Assembly (NCBI RefSeq): GCF_035594765.1
Contig: NC_085842.1
Span: 221,537,747 to 221,601,746, forward strand
Direction: 5' to 3'
From: Anolis carolinensis
Lineage: Eukaryota
Length of the DNA: 64,000 nucleotides
A model generated the notes under the pieces. It was given only the letters and a program-made list of their open reading frames with translations. It made no database searches and had not been told where the DNA came from. Positions 62,804 to 64,000 of the stretch are shown here, piece by piece (positions within the stretch are counted from its first letter, which is position 1; every line of letters starts with the position of its first letter). A program made the position numbers and the translations under genes.

Positions 62804-64000
62804 CTAGCTGTGCCCGGCCACGCGTTGCTGTGGCGAAGTATGGTGGTATGGGAAATAAAGTATTGAGGAATTGGTGGTAGTCAAGGTCAAGGGTAAAGGT
62901 TTTCCCCAGACATTAAGTCCAGTTGTGTCTTACTATGGAGGTTGGTACTCATCTCCATTTCTAAGCCGAAGAGCCGGCGTTGTCCGTAGACTCCTCCAAG
63001 GTCACGTGGGATGACTACATGGAGTGGCGTTACCTTCCCGCCGGAGCAGTACCTATTGATGCACTCACATTTGCATGTTTTCGAATTTCTGGGTTGGCAG
63101 AAGCTGGGGCTAACAGTGGGGGCTCTCTCCACTCCCCCAATTCAAACCTGTGGCCTTTCGGTCAAGAAGTTCAGCAGCTCAGCGCTTTAACACGCTGTGC
63201 CATCAGGGGATATTATTTCCTAAAGGTTGTGAATATACAATATTTCTGATTGGTTTTTTGTTTGTTTGTTGGAGGCAAGTATGAATGCTGCAATTAGGAA
63301 AAATGATTAGGATGTAATGGCCTTGCAACTTTAAAGCCTGGCTGTTTCCTCCCTGAGTGAATTTTTTGTTGGGAGGTGTTAGCTGGCCCTGATTGTTTAC
63401 TGTCTGGAATTCCCTTGTTTTCAGAGTGGTGTTGTTTGCGATATTTTATGTGCTTCTACTGTCTGTGGCCCTGAGAAAACAGAGGATTTTCCAGACTTTG
63501 ATGATAGGAATACTTTGTTGGGAGGTGTTAGCTGGCCCTGATTGTTTCCTGTCTGGAATTCCCTTGTTTTCAGAGTGGTGTTGTTTGCGATATTTTATGT
63601 GCTTCTACTGTCTGTGGCCCTGAGAAAACAGGATTTGCCAGACTTTGATGATGGGAATACTTTGTTGGGAGGTGTTAGCTGGCCCTGATTGTTTCCTGTG
63701 TGGAATTCCCCTGTTTATTTACTGTCCTGGTTTTAGAGATTATATTGTTCTGCATTATTCTATCCCAGTAATTATTTCATATTAAAGAAGAATCTCACTT
63801 ATCCAACATTCGCTTATACAATGTTCTGGATTATCCAACGCAGTCTGCCTTTTCATAATCAATGTTTTTGTAGTCAGTGTTTTAAATTCATTGTGATATT
63901 TTAGTGGTAAATTTGTAAATACAGTACAGTAGAGTCTCACTTATCCAACATAAACGGGCCGGCAGAACGTTGGATAAGCGAATATGTTGGATAATGAGGA
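62804..64000 (-). mobile_element. Helitron B, second copy (runs off the window)
   Basis: Reverse complement of about 41880-42906, including the SINE (about 62884-63210), a ~147-bp tandem unit and MITE pieces. Confidence 0.9.

Overview
Vertebrate (squamate, most likely Anolis lizard) genomic DNA. It is AT-rich, gene-poor and dense in repeats: Sauria SINEs, a second tRNA-derived SINE family, CR1, L2, L1, R4/Dong, Penelope, hAT, Tc1/mariner, Harbinger-like MITEs and Helitrons. The only protein-coding sequence I can identify with confidence is one long exon at 32515-34305 (+). It encodes a divergent, C-terminally shortened paralogue of the E3 ubiquitin/SUMO ligase TOPORS: intact C3HC4 RING and conserved helical domain, a poly-Glu tract, remodelled SUMO-interaction motifs and no RS domain. 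Its splice acceptor sits where the last-exon acceptor of canonical TOPORS sits. Other notable structures are nested cargo-carrying Helitrons with an inverted sister copy, a hAT element carrying a 277-bp tandem array, several near-perfect local inverted duplications, and a decayed Penelope hammerhead ribozyme. No prokaryotic system, CRISPR array or viral insert is supported. Family names and reference-protein comparisons come from recognition of sequence hallmarks from memory, not from database searches.
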